Assembly: GCA_028066245.1 (NCBI GenBank)
Contig: JALCBR010000001.1
Location: 24,184 to 88,183 of the forward strand
From: Pirellulales bacterium
GTDB taxonomy: Bacteria; Planctomycetota; Planctomycetia; Pirellulales; S012-138
Length of the DNA: 64,000 bases
Direction of reading: 5' to 3'
Part shown: in pieces, positions 26,248 to 36,977 of the stretch
Layout of the letters: each line of letters starts with the position of its first letter
How positions within the stretch are numbered: the first letter of the stretch is position 1
Position numbers and translations under genes: made by a program
Notes under the pieces: model-generated
Seen by the model: only the letters and a program-made list of their open reading frames with translations
Databases searched by the model: none
Told to the model about the DNA's origin: nothing

Positions 26248-28008
26248 ATGCCCAAGATTCGCAAGGCATTAACGGCATTCTCGATCACGACATTGCTGGC
26301 CATCGTCTTCTACGTTGCTCTCAACGCGGCCATTGCACAAACGACTGAACAAGATACCGCAGGCAATCAGCAGCCCGCGGAAGAAAGTCCAGATCCAGAT
26401 GGGGGTGCGCAGAAGGACGCAAACAACAAAACAGATGATGCCAATCAAGGGGGCGAGGAAACAGAGGAACCCAAGAAGCTCTCAGCATGGGAGAAACAGA
26501 TCAAGCGCATTGATGATTGGTTCAAGACCTATCTTGTCGAGCCATCCAATGCGTTCTTGGGTTTTGACTTCGGTACAGGAAAGTTCTCAACCGAGAACGG
26601 CAAAAAGCGATCGGATACGTCCGTTCCGTTCATCGTGGCGTGGCTCTTGGCTGGCGGCGTGTTCTTCACTCTCCGTATGGGCTTTATTAATGTCCGTGCG
26701 TTTTGGCACGCCATTCGTTTGACGAAAGGTGACTACGACGATCCCGCCGAGCAGGGTGAGGTCTCTCACTTCCAGGCTCTCTCCTCGGCGCTATCAGCCA
26801 CTGTGGGCTTGGGCAATATCGCCGGTGTTGCGATTGCCGTCGGTTTGGGCGGGCCGGGTGCCGTTTTCTGGATGATCATCGCTGGCATCTTCGGCATGTC
26901 GCTTAAGTTTGCTGAGTGCAGCATGGGGCAAATCTACCGCAAGATCGCTCCAGATGGGACGGTCTCTGGCGGTCCCATGCGTTACCTGAAGGATGGCCTC
27001 GCTGAGTACCGGCTTGGAGCAATCGGATTTGTCTTGGCAACAATCTACGCGTTTGTGTGCTTGTTCGCGTCGTTCGCTGGTGGATGCATGTTTCAGGTCA
27101 ACCAATCCATGAATGCGATCAATGCGCAGATCCTCGAAGTTGCCCCCGGGGCTAAGTACGTGGATCTGATCTACGGAGGCATCATGGTTGTCGCCGTTGG
27201 TCTTGTGATCATCGGGGGAATCAAGCGCATCGCAACAGCCGCCTCGGTGATCGTTCCGTTCATGTGCGGGATGTATGTTCTCGTCTCGCTTTATATCTTG
27301 TTGACGAATTCCGATGAGATCGGCCCTGCGTTTGGCACCATCTTTCGCAGCGCCTTTACAATGGAGAGCATCTACGGCGGTTTTGTGGGAGTGATGGTCA
27401 TTGGCATCAAACGTGCTGTATTTTCTAACGAGGCTGGTACAGGGTCCGCTTCCATCGCGCACTCGGCAGCAAAGACAGATGAGCCGATCAGTGAAGGGAT
27501 CGTCGCTCTGCTGGAGCCATTCATCGATACCATTGTCGTCTGCACAATGACCGGATTGGTCATCGTCATCACGGGCGTCTTCGATACGGAAACCAATCCG
27601 GCAATGGCTACTTACATCGACGCGCAAAACGGCGCTGCCCTGACAACAGCCGCTTGGAGATCCCAAGTACCATGGTTCCCCTGGTTGCTTTGTTTGGCGG
27701 TTGTGCTCTTTGCCTTTAGCACCATGATTTCCTGGTCGTACTACGGTGAGCGTTGTTGGAGCCATCTATTCGGTGCACGCACGTCACTGGTCTACCGAAT
27801 TATCTTCTTGGGATTTGTGTTCCTTGGAGCCGTTGCCACGGCAACCAACGTCGTGAATTTCAGCGACAACGCCCTCATGGCGCTTGCGATTCCCAACATC
27901 GTGGGATTAGTCCTGATGAGTGGGAAGTTGCGAGGGAAACTTGATGACTATTGGACACGCTACAAGAACGGTGAGCTTGAGCCTGCCACGAAATATGGGA
28001 AGAAGTAG
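26248..28008 (+). CDS. alanine/glycine:cation symporter (AGCS) family transporter with an acidic N-terminal extension
   Basis: The AGCS signature FQALSSALSATVGLGNIAGVAIAVGLGGPGAVFWM is present in a polytopic protein. Confidence 0.85.
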   Translation: MPKIRKALTAFSITTLLAIVFYVALNAAIAQTTEQDTAGNQQPAEESPDPDGGAQKDANNKTDDANQGGEETEEPKKLSAWEKQIKRIDDWFKTYLVEPSNAFLGFDFGTGKFSTENGKKRSDTSVPFIVAWLLAGGVFFTLRMGFINVRAFWHAIRLTKGDYDDPAEQGEVSHFQALSSALSATVGLGNIAGVAIAVGLGGPGAVFWMIIAGIFGMSLKFAECSMGQIYRKIAPDGTVSGGPMRYLKDGLAEYRLGAIGFVLATIYAFVCLFASFAGGCMFQVNQSMNAINAQILEVAPGAKYVDLIYGGIMVVAVGLVIIGGIKRIATAASVIVPFMCGMYVLVSLYILLTNSDEIGPAFGTIFRSAFTMESIYGGFVGVMVIGIKRAVFSNEAGTGSASIAHSAAKTDEPISEGIVALLEPFIDTIVVCTMTGLVIVITGVFDTETNPAMATYIDAQNGAALTTAAWRSQVPWFPWLLCLAVVLFAFSTMISWSYYGERCWSHLFGARTSLVYRIIFLGFVFLGAVATATNVVNFSDNALMALAIPNIVGLVLMSGKLRGKLDDYWTRYKNGELEPATKYGKK

Positions 28009-28064
28009 CTCAGTCACCTGACAGACCTCCGACATCCGTAAGCAAGTTCTCAAACTCCTTAATT

Positions 28065-28505
28065 ATGGATCAAGTCATGCCGTGGCTACCCAAGAAGACG
28101 GTTGTCGTACCTGTTGACTTCTCGGACAACTCACTGCCTGCTATGGAGGCAGCGCTCGAGTTGGTCGCATCGCCCGGGGAAATCCATGCAATTTACGTCA
28201 TGGCCGAGTTGTCTGAACGTGATCCTGGCGTGATCTGGGGAACGATCGACGACGCCAAGCGAACACAGAATGCCAAGGAGTCGCTTGAGAAGGCGTTCAG
28301 CGATGCAAAGTTTCAAGGTTTTACACCTGTCGTCAGAATCGGCGATCCCGGGAATGAGATTGTTGAATACGCACAGGATGCGGGAGCGGACCTGATTGTG
28401 ATTCCTTCGCGCGGGCGAACTGGGCTAGATTACCTGTTGCTGGGTTCTGTGGCGGAACGCGTGACACGCTTGGCCAAGTGCCCAGTCTTGGTGCTGCGTG
28501 GCTAA
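28065..28505 (+). CDS. universal stress protein (UspA family)
   Basis: VVVPVDFSDNS and the ATP-binding-type motif DLIVIPSRGRTGLDYLLLGSVAERV are present. Confidence 0.85.
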   Translation: MDQVMPWLPKKTVVVPVDFSDNSLPAMEAALELVASPGEIHAIYVMAELSERDPGVIWGTIDDAKRTQNAKESLEKAFSDAKFQGFTPVVRIGDPGNEIVEYAQDAGADLIVIPSRGRTGLDYLLLGSVAERVTRLAKCPVLVLRG

Positions 28506-28669
28506 TTTACGTTACAGTTCTTCCGGCCGCTCGTTCAGCTCACACGGCATCGGTTCGCTGGTTGCGCTAGCGCAAGAATCTCTTTCTAAGATAAACAGCA
28601 CAACCCCAGGCAATGCGCCCGGGGCTGCTTGTATTGAATTCCGCGTCGCGATCTTCTCGCGCCTTTTCG

Positions 28670-30358
28670 TTAACTGCCAAGCTCCGCCACGGCGCGCAGT
28701 CCGGCGGCGAACATTTTGCGAGCCTGCGTAATGACGTCCTCCGGGGTCGCGGCCACCGCCGTGTCTTTCATGGCGTGATTCACCCGTTGAGCAACTTCGT
28801 CCGCGGCTTCTTTTGACGATAATACTTGCCCTGCGATGTGATACTCAGTCACCGTTATTCCGCCCGCAAAGCCGCCCACAATCTCGTGCTCGATCTTTTC
28901 GACTTGCATCATTTGGCCCGCGTGACGGATCATGGCCACCCGCAGCGCCGTTTGAGCGTCCTCGAGCCGCTTGAATGAATCTCCGCCGATGACATAGCGG
29001 CGCTGCATCTTCGTGGCAGTGGCAAACTGTTCGGCGATGTCTTGCTCGAAGGTGCGGAACACCCCGATTTCGTATTGAATCCGTGGCAGTTTGGCAACGA
29101 GCCGGTCGACGGCCGACTTAAAGACAATTTCCTCTTGCGAGGCGAGCTCTTCAGCGGGAGCATCGGTGGAACTGCTCTGCTTGAGTTCAATGACAAATCC
29201 CTTGCCCTGCGCCTGTCGGGCGAGGCTGGACATGATCGCTTCGTCCAGGCTTTGTTGAACATTGCCATCGGTCAAAGCGCGAACGCGTTGGATATACTCT
29301 TGGCGTTTCTCGTTGGCTGCGGAAATTTTTACTTTCACCGCTTCTCTGGCGGCCTTCATCGCCTGGATATAGGTTTCGCGTTCTTCCGGTGACATCTCCC
29401 GCATGAACTCCGGAAGATCCTCCTTGGCAAGATCAGCCAGCTTGAAATCAGTTTGGGCACACGCGTCCACGAGATCCCAACGTGTATTGCACCAGAGGAC
29501 ACACCCCTTGGCAGCGATGCGTGATGCGTTGGCCGTAGCGCCCAATTGAGCTGCGCCTGCGTCATTGCAGATCACGGCGTTGAGCTTCACTTCGCCTTCC
29601 TTGCCGTACGGAATCAGCGTAGCGTTGAGTTCCAGATTGAGCTGTTCCAGTTTGACGTCAAATGGCGTGGCGATCTGCACGGTCCCGGCGGCCATGTCAA
29701 TGGCGAAGTATTCGCCGCCGTTTAAAGAGGGGATCTTGTCCCAGGCTTCGGCGACACCCCCAACTGGCGCTCCACCGTAGAGAGCATTGATGATGATGTC
29801 TCGACCTTCGGCAGCCTTGGCGACGTCGCGGAAGTTGTGTACCTCAGCGGCTTGATCGGCCGATTCATTGCCGGCGATGTAGATCAACCGCAGCGCATCG
29901 GGGTCCGTACTCCAGGCCATGTTGCGGAGCGCCTTGTTGAGTGCCCAGCCGACGAATTCATCGCCGCCTTCGGTGCTCATGGCCATCATCTTGGTAAAAG
30001 CTTCGTCCAATTCGTCCGTCAGGTCGATCTGCTTTTTGACCCACCCGTCCTCTTCCAGTGAGTTACCAGGCGACCCGTAGGTCAACAGACCAATCCGTAG
30101 CTTGGGGACGGGCTTGGCATCGGCGAGTTTCAGCACAATGCTCCAAATCCGGCTGCGGGCAGAATCGATCAGGTTCTCCATACTGCCAGAAGTATCCAGC
30201 ACGATGACCATGTCAATAGGCCGGCTCTCGGCAGCCGGACGGGCGATGGAGTCCAGCTTGCCCGCAGGCTGCTGTTGAGCGGAAGTTAGAGTACTCATTC
30301 CGGCAAGCAGGCACGCGGCCATAAGTCCGCACGCAAGTGGATTTTGGGGCTGCATCAT
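28670..30358 (-). CDS. secreted von Willebrand factor A (vWA) domain protein with a long helical C-terminal region
   Basis: AAGGAG precedes the ATG at 30358. There is a signal-like N-terminus and the MIDAS motif VIVLDTSGSM. Confidence 0.8.
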   Translation of the reverse strand: MMQPQNPLACGLMAACLLAGMSTLTSAQQQPAGKLDSIARPAAESRPIDMVIVLDTSGSMENLIDSARSRIWSIVLKLADAKPVPKLRIGLLTYGSPGNSLEEDGWVKKQIDLTDELDEAFTKMMAMSTEGGDEFVGWALNKALRNMAWSTDPDALRLIYIAGNESADQAAEVHNFRDVAKAAEGRDIIINALYGGAPVGGVAEAWDKIPSLNGGEYFAIDMAAGTVQIATPFDVKLEQLNLELNATLIPYGKEGEVKLNAVICNDAGAAQLGATANASRIAAKGCVLWCNTRWDLVDACAQTDFKLADLAKEDLPEFMREMSPEERETYIQAMKAAREAVKVKISAANEKRQEYIQRVRALTDGNVQQSLDEAIMSSLARQAQGKGFVIELKQSSSTDAPAEELASQEEIVFKSAVDRLVAKLPRIQYEIGVFRTFEQDIAEQFATATKMQRRYVIGGDSFKRLEDAQTALRVAMIRHAGQMMQVEKIEHEIVGGFAGGITVTEYHIAGQVLSSKEAADEVAQRVNHAMKDTAVAATPEDVITQARKMFAAGLRAVAELGS

Positions 30359-30525
30359 TCACTCCTTTGGAAGTTGATAGGGGCGTGTCTGGCTAGCGAA
30401 ATAGGGACTCAGTACCTCGGGAACACAACGGACAGGATCAAGTCGTCCTGAAATGCAGTCGTGTTCCCCGGGTGTTCCAATAACTGATTTTTCCGGCTAT
30501 TAGCATCTCTCGCTTGTGCGACTAA

Positions 30526-30783
30526 GCTAGCGAACGTGGAGATAACGATGCCGAACGGATCGCAGAGCAAAATGAGGAACATGCACGGCTGTGGAAATCC
30601 ATCAACCGGCTGCCGGAGCCGTATCGAGAAGTCATCATGATCTACTATTACCAAGGCGAATCGAAAACATACGCAGCCGTTGCGGAGATGTTGGGGGTAT
30701 CCGCCGCCACCATCAACTTGCGACTCACGAAGGCGAGGGCCATGTTGCGGGCGGACATGGCCGCGGTAAAAAGTGGTCGCTAG
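30526..30783 (+). pseudogene. ECF sigma-factor remnant (region 4 only)
   Basis: The frame opens after a TAA at 30523 and encodes ..LPEPYREVIMIYYYQGESKTYAAVAEMLGVSAATINLRLTKARAML.. with no region 2. Only about 165 bp separate it from the divergent vWA gene start, too little for a full sigma gene. There is no in-frame start before the region-4 helix. Confidence 0.65.
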
Positions 30784-30868
30784 TGAGAAGAAACCACTGG
30801 CGGCCAGTCGTCGAGAACCAACGAAAACACGTCATGAGGGCAGAACGGAAGATCACGCGGAGCAGACA

Positions 30869-32227
30869 ATGAACTGCGAAGAACTTCAGCCTTTGATAAA
30901 TGCCTGGATCGACGGCGAGTTGCCGACCGAGCAGGAGCCGGAAGTGCGCGAGCACCTTACTGTTTGCTCTCATTGCGCGGCGGTCGCTGAGGAAACGCGG
31001 GCACTGGACGCGGAACTGACCAATCTGATTGGAAGTCAAACCGCCCAATTACAGACCGCCATGTTGCCGATTGGACGTGCCGAGAGTTCTGCGGTTACAC
31101 AGGCGTCACTGGAGGCCTTTTCTGAGGAGGCTGATACGAAGCTGCGCACGCCGCGAAGTTCTTCTGTCACGCGTTCATCAGTTGTCTCTTGGGTCTGCGC
31201 GGCGGCGGCGACTGTCCTGATTTTGGTCTTCAGTTGGAAGGGAGTGGATGACAACGGTCCTGGCGACAAAGCAAATCTCGTCACCGTTAAACCGGCAGCG
31301 CGATTAGTGGTGGCTAAAGGTGAAGTTCAAATGAGCACGCCGGCGCAGCAACGGTTAATTTCCTGCGCTCCGCAGACGGAACTACCACCAGGTTGGAAAC
31401 TCATAACCGGTGAGAATAGCCGTTGTGAACTGACCACCGCGTCGCCCGATCAACCGATTCGGCTTGATCAAAACTCGGAGTTGACGCACGTGTTCAACAA
31501 CACGATGCGACTTGAGAAAGGCAAGCTGTGGAGCGCAGCCAAGGATCGAGTTTGCATCGAGTCTGCGTCGGCGAATATCGCCGCAGAAAACGCGGTCTTT
31601 GAGTTCTGCTGTGCGGCGGACAACAGCGGATCGATCCTCAACGTTTACCAGGGGGAAGTTGAAATTACCAATGCGACCGGCGATGCCACGCAAGTCAAAG
31701 CTGGTCAGTCCGTTCGCTTGACAGGAGGGGCGATGGAATCCACCCCTGCGGGTGATCCCGTACTGCAAACAAGCTGGGTCAATGACATATTGGTGGAAAA
31801 GGGTCGCGAAGATCAGGAGTTGGCTGACCGTATCGAATGGCTGTGGAATCAAGTCGCGGCCAAAGGTCCGGCACAAGCAGAAATGTATGAGAGCGAGATC
31901 CGTGCGTTGGGATCGAGTTCGGTCATTCCGCTTTGCAATTGGGTGCAATCGCCCGCTTCACTTTCCGCGCCAAGCAAACGCGTTCGGGCAGCCAAGCTAC
32001 TTTCGGACTTGGCGGGCCCGGGATCCATCCCTCAGTTGATTGAGTTGCTCAGTGATCATGACGGAGATATTCGCTATGCAGCGGCCACAGCTCTGCAAAG
32101 GTTGACCGGAAAGACGCATGGATGCACGCCGGAAGAATGGCGAGCCCTGCCTTCGCCCGTTCGTCAGAAAGCGCGGGGTGATTGGGACAACTGGCGGATC
32201 AACAACCATAAGGATGGAGCATTGTAG
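30869..32227 (+). CDS. anti-sigma factor: zf-HC2 N-terminus, TM helix, FecR-like domain, C-terminal HEAT repeats
   Basis: The zf-HC2 motif is EHLTVCSHC. The TM helix is SVVSWVCAAAATVLILVF. The HEAT-like tail is IPQLIELLSDHDGDIRYAAATALQRLTG. ATG at 30869. Confidence 0.75.
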   Translation: MNCEELQPLINAWIDGELPTEQEPEVREHLTVCSHCAAVAEETRALDAELTNLIGSQTAQLQTAMLPIGRAESSAVTQASLEAFSEEADTKLRTPRSSSVTRSSVVSWVCAAAATVLILVFSWKGVDDNGPGDKANLVTVKPAARLVVAKGEVQMSTPAQQRLISCAPQTELPPGWKLITGENSRCELTTASPDQPIRLDQNSELTHVFNNTMRLEKGKLWSAAKDRVCIESASANIAAENAVFEFCCAADNSGSILNVYQGEVEITNATGDATQVKAGQSVRLTGGAMESTPAGDPVLQTSWVNDILVEKGREDQELADRIEWLWNQVAAKGPAQAEMYESEIRALGSSSVIPLCNWVQSPASLSAPSKRVRAAKLLSDLAGPGSIPQLIELLSDHDGDIRYAAATALQRLTGKTHGCTPEEWRALPSPVRQKARGDWDNWRINNHKDGAL

Positions 32228-32254
32228 CGCGACTGTTGATACATCAATTGACTC

Positions 32255-33238
32255 CTAGTTCACTTCGCGCCGCAGCAACTTCAACGCTTCCACCATGTCA
32301 TTCGGGATAGGCGCTTCGAAGCTCAATCGTTCCCCAGAAAGTGGGTGCGTCAAAGATAGTTTGGCCGCATGCAATGCCTGACGAGCCAGAATGACGCGAT
32401 CTTCTTCACTTGCGGACAGTGTCGCGATCTCGGACGCTAGCAGCTCTGCACGACCGCCATAGAGTTTATCGCACAGTACCGGGCAGCCAATCGATTTGAG
32501 ATGCACGCGAATTTGATGTGTGCGGCCGGTTACAGGTTTGGCCTGTAACAATGTGTAGCGTCCCAGCCGTTCCTCGACCTGAAAAAAGGTTTTTGCCGAC
32601 CGTGCTTGTGGGTGACCTTCTCGCGATATCGCCATCTTTTCACGATGCGTCTTGTGCGGCGCAATCGGCTGATCAATGTGGTCAGAATCCAGCTTGGCCG
32701 CTCCGTTGACCAATGCGAGATACTCTTTCTCCACGGAACGCTCAGCAAACTGCTCGGCCAATTTCCCATGGACTGCGTCCGTCTTGGCGACAACGATGAC
32801 TCCCGTGGTGTCCCGGTCCAGCCGATGGACAATGCCGGGCCTTGTCAGTCCGCCCACGGAACTGAGTTGCTCGCAATGATGCGCCAATGCTGAGGCCAAT
32901 GTTCCCGACCAATGACCGCGAGCAGGATGAACGACCATCCCCGCTGGCTTGTTGACGACGATGACATGATCGTCCTCAAAAATGATGTCCAGTGGGATCG
33001 CTTCAGGTTCGGGGCCGGTGCGCGGCATCTCGGGCAAGATGAACGTCACCGTGTCACCGGTATTTACGATGGTGGCTGGCTTGGCGCCTCGGCCATTGAT
33101 CCGCCCTGCTCCCGCGCCCACGGCCTTGCGCAGTAGTGTGCGGCTGTAGCCGGGAATTCGCAGCGCGAGGAATCGGTCCAATCGCTGGCCAGTCTCCTCT
33201 GCGGAAACCACGAACTCTTGCGGAACACCGATCTCCAT
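32255..33238 (-). CDS. rluD: RluA-family 23S rRNA pseudouridine synthase (RluD-like) with an S4 domain
   Basis: The S4-like N-terminus is RLDRFLALRIPGYSRTLLRKAV. The catalytic motif is GIVHRLDRDTTGVIVVAK. Confidence 0.85.
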   Translation of the reverse strand: MEIGVPQEFVVSAEETGQRLDRFLALRIPGYSRTLLRKAVGAGAGRINGRGAKPATIVNTGDTVTFILPEMPRTGPEPEAIPLDIIFEDDHVIVVNKPAGMVVHPARGHWSGTLASALAHHCEQLSSVGGLTRPGIVHRLDRDTTGVIVVAKTDAVHGKLAEQFAERSVEKEYLALVNGAAKLDSDHIDQPIAPHKTHREKMAISREGHPQARSAKTFFQVEERLGRYTLLQAKPVTGRTHQIRVHLKSIGCPVLCDKLYGGRAELLASEIATLSASEEDRVILARQALHAAKLSLTHPLSGERLSFEAPIPNDMVEALKLLRREVN

Positions 33239-33280
33239 GGAGGCCCGCCCCGATTCTAGAGACGCGACAAGGGAGTCAGC

Positions 33281-34171
33281 CTACAATCCGCCACTTACTG
33301 GAGAATTGCTTGTTGATGGTATTCCGGAGGGAAGGTTATCTAAGCTATCCAAGATGCCTGACCCCATTCCAGGCAAGTCTGTACCCGGCGTTGAAGTCGG
33401 ACCAAGGTCCGGCCCGCCTGACGAAGAACCTGAGTTTCTTTCCATCCGCTGCAACTCGTCATTGAACCAGGCGAAGTAGCCATGGTCGTGCGTTGAAGGG
33501 CGCTCAAGGATTTCCAACTGTTTCTGCGCTGCCTGCTTGAACAAGGTCTGCTGTGCGAGGTTCTTGTAGATTTCTTTTGCCGCTTCGAGGTCGTTCGGGA
33601 ACTCCTCTTCCGAGACAAGCCCAGAACGAGCGATTAAGGATTCTGCTCGGTAGAAATCAGCTCGTTCGCGAACGAAGACATCTTCTGAAACACCGGAAAT
33701 CTCTTTGTAAAGGTCGATCGCTTCATCAAGTTGCCCCTTCGCAGCAATGCGGTCCTTGAAGATGGCAGAAATCCCTTGCGACCGCGCACGATCAGCCAGG
33801 TACAGCTTTCCGCGAATGGCCGCCAATGAGGTCTCGTCCGTGGCGATTACGGTCCGCAGTTCGTTGGCGATCTCATCACCGATGGTCTCATAATCCTGTG
33901 GTGTCAATTGTCCGGTGATTTCTTGACTCTCGCGCTCGACTCGCTGAAAAAAGTACTCATCAGACGTCAATTGCATGACCTTGGCCCATTGCTCTTCAAT
34001 GGCCGCCGCTCGCGATCTTTGGATCAATGCAATCGTTACGATAATGGCAACAAGAGCCACAGAAATACCCAAGATCAAGAGGCCATATGGCTTGGCTGCC
34101 TTGATTTTGGGGGCGGCCCATTTGGCGAGTTCGTTTTCCTGCAAATGTTGCTTGCGGTCAGCTTTCATCAT
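33281..34171 (-). CDS. membrane-anchored hypothetical protein (helical/TPR-like ectodomain, Gly/Ser/Pro-rich tail)
   Basis: ATG ATG at 34171 has AAGG 6 nt upstream (the longest ORF begins at TTG 34207). The TM helix is YGLLILGISVALVAIIVTIALI. Confidence 0.55.
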   Translation of the reverse strand: MMKADRKQHLQENELAKWAAPKIKAAKPYGLLILGISVALVAIIVTIALIQRSRAAAIEEQWAKVMQLTSDEYFFQRVERESQEITGQLTPQDYETIGDEIANELRTVIATDETSLAAIRGKLYLADRARSQGISAIFKDRIAAKGQLDEAIDLYKEISGVSEDVFVRERADFYRAESLIARSGLVSEEEFPNDLEAAKEIYKNLAQQTLFKQAAQKQLEILERPSTHDHGYFAWFNDELQRMERNSGSSSGGPDLGPTSTPGTDLPGMGSGILDSLDNLPSGIPSTSNSPVSGGL

Positions 34172-34692
34172 CAAAGCCTTAATGTGAGCCACAGACGCTG
34201 AGCCCAAGAACTAGTTCGTTCGGCCGAGAGTCTCTGGGGCATGCAGCATCCGCTCGCCGGCGCGGTATCCTGAGAGACGGACGATCTGTAAAGTGCTCAG
34301 TTTGACGGAAGTATAGAAGTCTTAGGGGGTTGAGGTCAAGCCGACCGCAAGGACCGTAATTCGATGGCACAGGCTTATCTCTCGACACCCCCTCTGTGGA
34401 AGTTCACCACCAAGACTTGCTGCACGTGAGCGATCGATGGTTGTTATCGAAAGGAAGATGGCAAGCCGTCGGAAAAATGCAACTGCCGATACCCTCAGGA
34501 ACTGTCAACTTGCGTGGACAATGAGCAATGCGGCTGTGCTCGGATAAGACGACTTTCCCATTTACGTCTCTGGTCGTTGGTCCTTGCGGCGTGCACTCTT
34601 GCGAAACGATATGACGTGAGTCATCCTAGGATGATCGGTCGTGATACGGCGTGCGATCACCATTCTTGAGAATGAGGCAGTTTAGGTACGCG

Positions 34693-35334
34693 ATGAGTGA
34701 AGTTCCCTACGATCCCAGTGGTCAAGTTCAGTCGACCGGTCAAGCAGGCTATGCGCAGAACATGGCGCGCCCAGGCAGCCCTGGGAGCAAACGTCCTGAT
34801 GATGGCGCGCCGTCAATTATCAAGGTTGGCGTCCTAGGCGTCCTGTACGGCTTACTTCACATGGGAGTTTGCACGTTCTTCCTTTTCGGCGGAATGATTG
34901 TGAGCGCACTCGCGTCAGCACAAGCAACCGTCTCACAGCAAGGTCCCGATGGTCAGGCGACAGTATCCGGTCAAGCTGCGGAAGACATCGCTACGATTGC
35001 TTCGGGAGTTCTGCTTGTGATTGGTATTCTCGGTATGCTCTATGGTGCTGGGTGTATCACTGGCAGCATTGGAGTCTTCATGCGGAAAGGATGGGGACGG
35101 ATCGTCATCCTCATCTACGCGGGCTTGTCCGGCATCGAAGGATTGCTGGGGTTAGTGTCGTTGGGTCGCAATGTCTACGCAATCGTTAAGGCAACGGAAG
35201 TCGTAGAGCTTTCTGTCATCATTGAGCTCGTGTGGATTCCAATGCTAGTCACTCTTTTGGTAACGCTTTTATTCCTAGCATTTTGCATTTCCTCATATAA
35301 AGTCTTGCTCGCGTACGGCAGCAACTTCGATTAG
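34693..35334 (+). CDS. polytopic membrane protein, hypothetical
   Basis: ATG at 34693. There are four to five hydrophobic segments after a polar N-terminus. Confidence 0.5.
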   Translation: MSEVPYDPSGQVQSTGQAGYAQNMARPGSPGSKRPDDGAPSIIKVGVLGVLYGLLHMGVCTFFLFGGMIVSALASAQATVSQQGPDGQATVSGQAAEDIATIASGVLLVIGILGMLYGAGCITGSIGVFMRKGWGRIVILIYAGLSGIEGLLGLVSLGRNVYAIVKATEVVELSVIIELVWIPMLVTLLVTLLFLAFCISSYKVLLAYGSNFD

Positions 35335-35448
35335 AAGCGTTGTTGGAATTATCGATATTGAGGCGAATCCATCCGCTTGGCTCCGGCTCCCTTGGCGCTA
35401 TAATCCAGCGAGACTTCCGCTGAGAACCCTCGCTGATTGCGCGCTCGC

Positions 35449-36873
35449 ATGGATACCACCACGCAAACTCGTCCTGCCACGTTGCATGAACTGCGCAAGT
35501 CGGGCTGGAAATCCAGATCGGTTAAGCAGGAAATCCACGACAATTTCTTGCGCGCACTGGCTGCTGGCGAACAGCTGTTTCCCGGCATCATCGGCTATGA
35601 CGAGACGGTCATCCCGGAGATCAACATTGCTTTGCTTTCCGGCCATGACATGTTGTTTCTCGGCGAGAAAGGCCAAGCCAAAAGCCGGCTAATGCGCGCG
35701 CTAGTGCGGTTCCTTGACAAGGCCACGCCATATCTCGATCTGCCGGACGCTCCGGTGCATGAAGACCCGTACCGCCCAATCTCGCGTGCCGGTAAGGAGT
35801 TCATTGCCACACATCCAGAAGACGATATCCCAATCGCGTGGTGGCAGCGGGAAGATCGCTATGCGGAACGTCTGGCGCCAGGCACCAAGTTCGCGGACAT
35901 CATCGGCGAGATTGATCCGGCGAAATTAGCCAGCGGAGCTAGCCTGTCTACGGAAGAAGCTCTGCACTTTGGGCTGATCCCGCGCATGCACCGTGGCATC
36001 TTTGCCATGAACGAGTTGCCGGAACTGGATGAACTGGTCCAGGTGGGCCTGTTCAATATCTTAGAAGAGCGGGACGTCCAAATCCGTGGCTATCCCATCC
36101 AGTTTGATATTGATGTCATGATCCTGTTTTCCGCCAACCCAGCCACTTACAACCGCAGCGGCAAAGTCATTCCGCAGCTCAAGGATCGGATCGGTTCCGT
36201 CATTCACACGCACTATCCGCGCGAGCGTGATATGGCGATTGAAATCACCCAACAGGAATCTGGTGTTCGCTTGGACGGGGAGTTTCCCGTTGTCGTTCCT
36301 TACTTCATGCGACAAGTCATTGAGGAGATCTCCATCGCCGCGCGGCGCTCGAAGTATATCGACCATGATTCCGGGGTTAGTGCTCGGTTAAGCTTGGCGA
36401 ACTTTCGCACCATGGTTGCCAGCGCCCGGCAGAGAGCAGCCGTCTTGGGAGAAAAGCCGGCCGTCCCCCGCATCAGCGACTTAGGACATCTCTATTCTTC
36501 ATCACTGGGGAAACTCGAACTCGACATGATGGGCAGCCATCAAATGACTGAGCGGCAGGTGCTGGACGCTGTGGTGGCGGAAGCCGTAAAGGTCATCTTC
36601 GAGGAATATGTCGAGCAACATGGACTAGCGGAGATTGCCGAAATCTTCTCCAAAGGAGTCCGGATTGAAGTTGGCGACATGCTTCCCTCCAGCGAATATG
36701 CCAACCGGCTGCAGCGCGTGCCACCGGCTTGGAACGTCGCCTTTGAAGTCAACGCGGCTGAGGATGAAGCCGTTCGAGCGTCATGCGTGGAATTCGTGCT
36801 GGCAGGTATGTACGCTACGGACCGCATCTCCCGCGCGCAGCGCCACGGTCGAATTGTATACGAGCTGGAATAG
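35449..36873 (+). CDS. AAA+ ATPase of the Mg-chelatase BchI/ChlI-like group
   Basis: Walker A-like [10 protein letters not shown] resembles BchI GDRGTGKS. The Walker B region is [16 protein letters not shown] at 35449 (TTG at 35437 is possible). Confidence 0.7.
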   Translation: MDTTTQTRPATLHELRKSGWKSRSVKQEIHDNFLRALAAGEQLFPGIIGYDETVIPEINIALLSGHDMLFLGEKGQAKSRLMRALVRFLDKATPYLDLPDAPVHEDPYRPISRAGKEFIATHPEDDIPIAWWQREDRYAERLAPGTKFADIIGEIDPAKLASGASLSTEEALHFGLIPRMHRGIFAMNELPELDELVQVGLFNILEERDVQIRGYPIQFDIDVMILFSANPATYNRSGKVIPQLKDRIGSVIHTHYPRERDMAIEITQQESGVRLDGEFPVVVPYFMRQVIEEISIAARRSKYIDHDSGVSARLSLANFRTMVASARQRAAVLGEKPAVPRISDLGHLYSSSLGKLELDMMGSHQMTERQVLDAVVAEAVKVIFEEYVEQHGLAEIAEIFSKGVRIEVGDMLPSSEYANRLQRVPPAWNVAFEVNAAEDEAVRASCVEFVLAGMYATDRISRAQRHGRIVYELE

Positions 36874-36977
36874 TCTGCTGAAGATTCGTCCTGACTCCGC
36901 TTGCTTAAAGAAGCGAACCTACCGGACGGAATCGCCTCTTAAGCTTTGGCTCATGTAGTACATTCATTCGGTTCCTG

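Noticed and set aside
26794-27765. A 323-aa minus-strand ORF.
   Set aside because: It is antisense to the AGCS transporter gene, which has clear family signatures.
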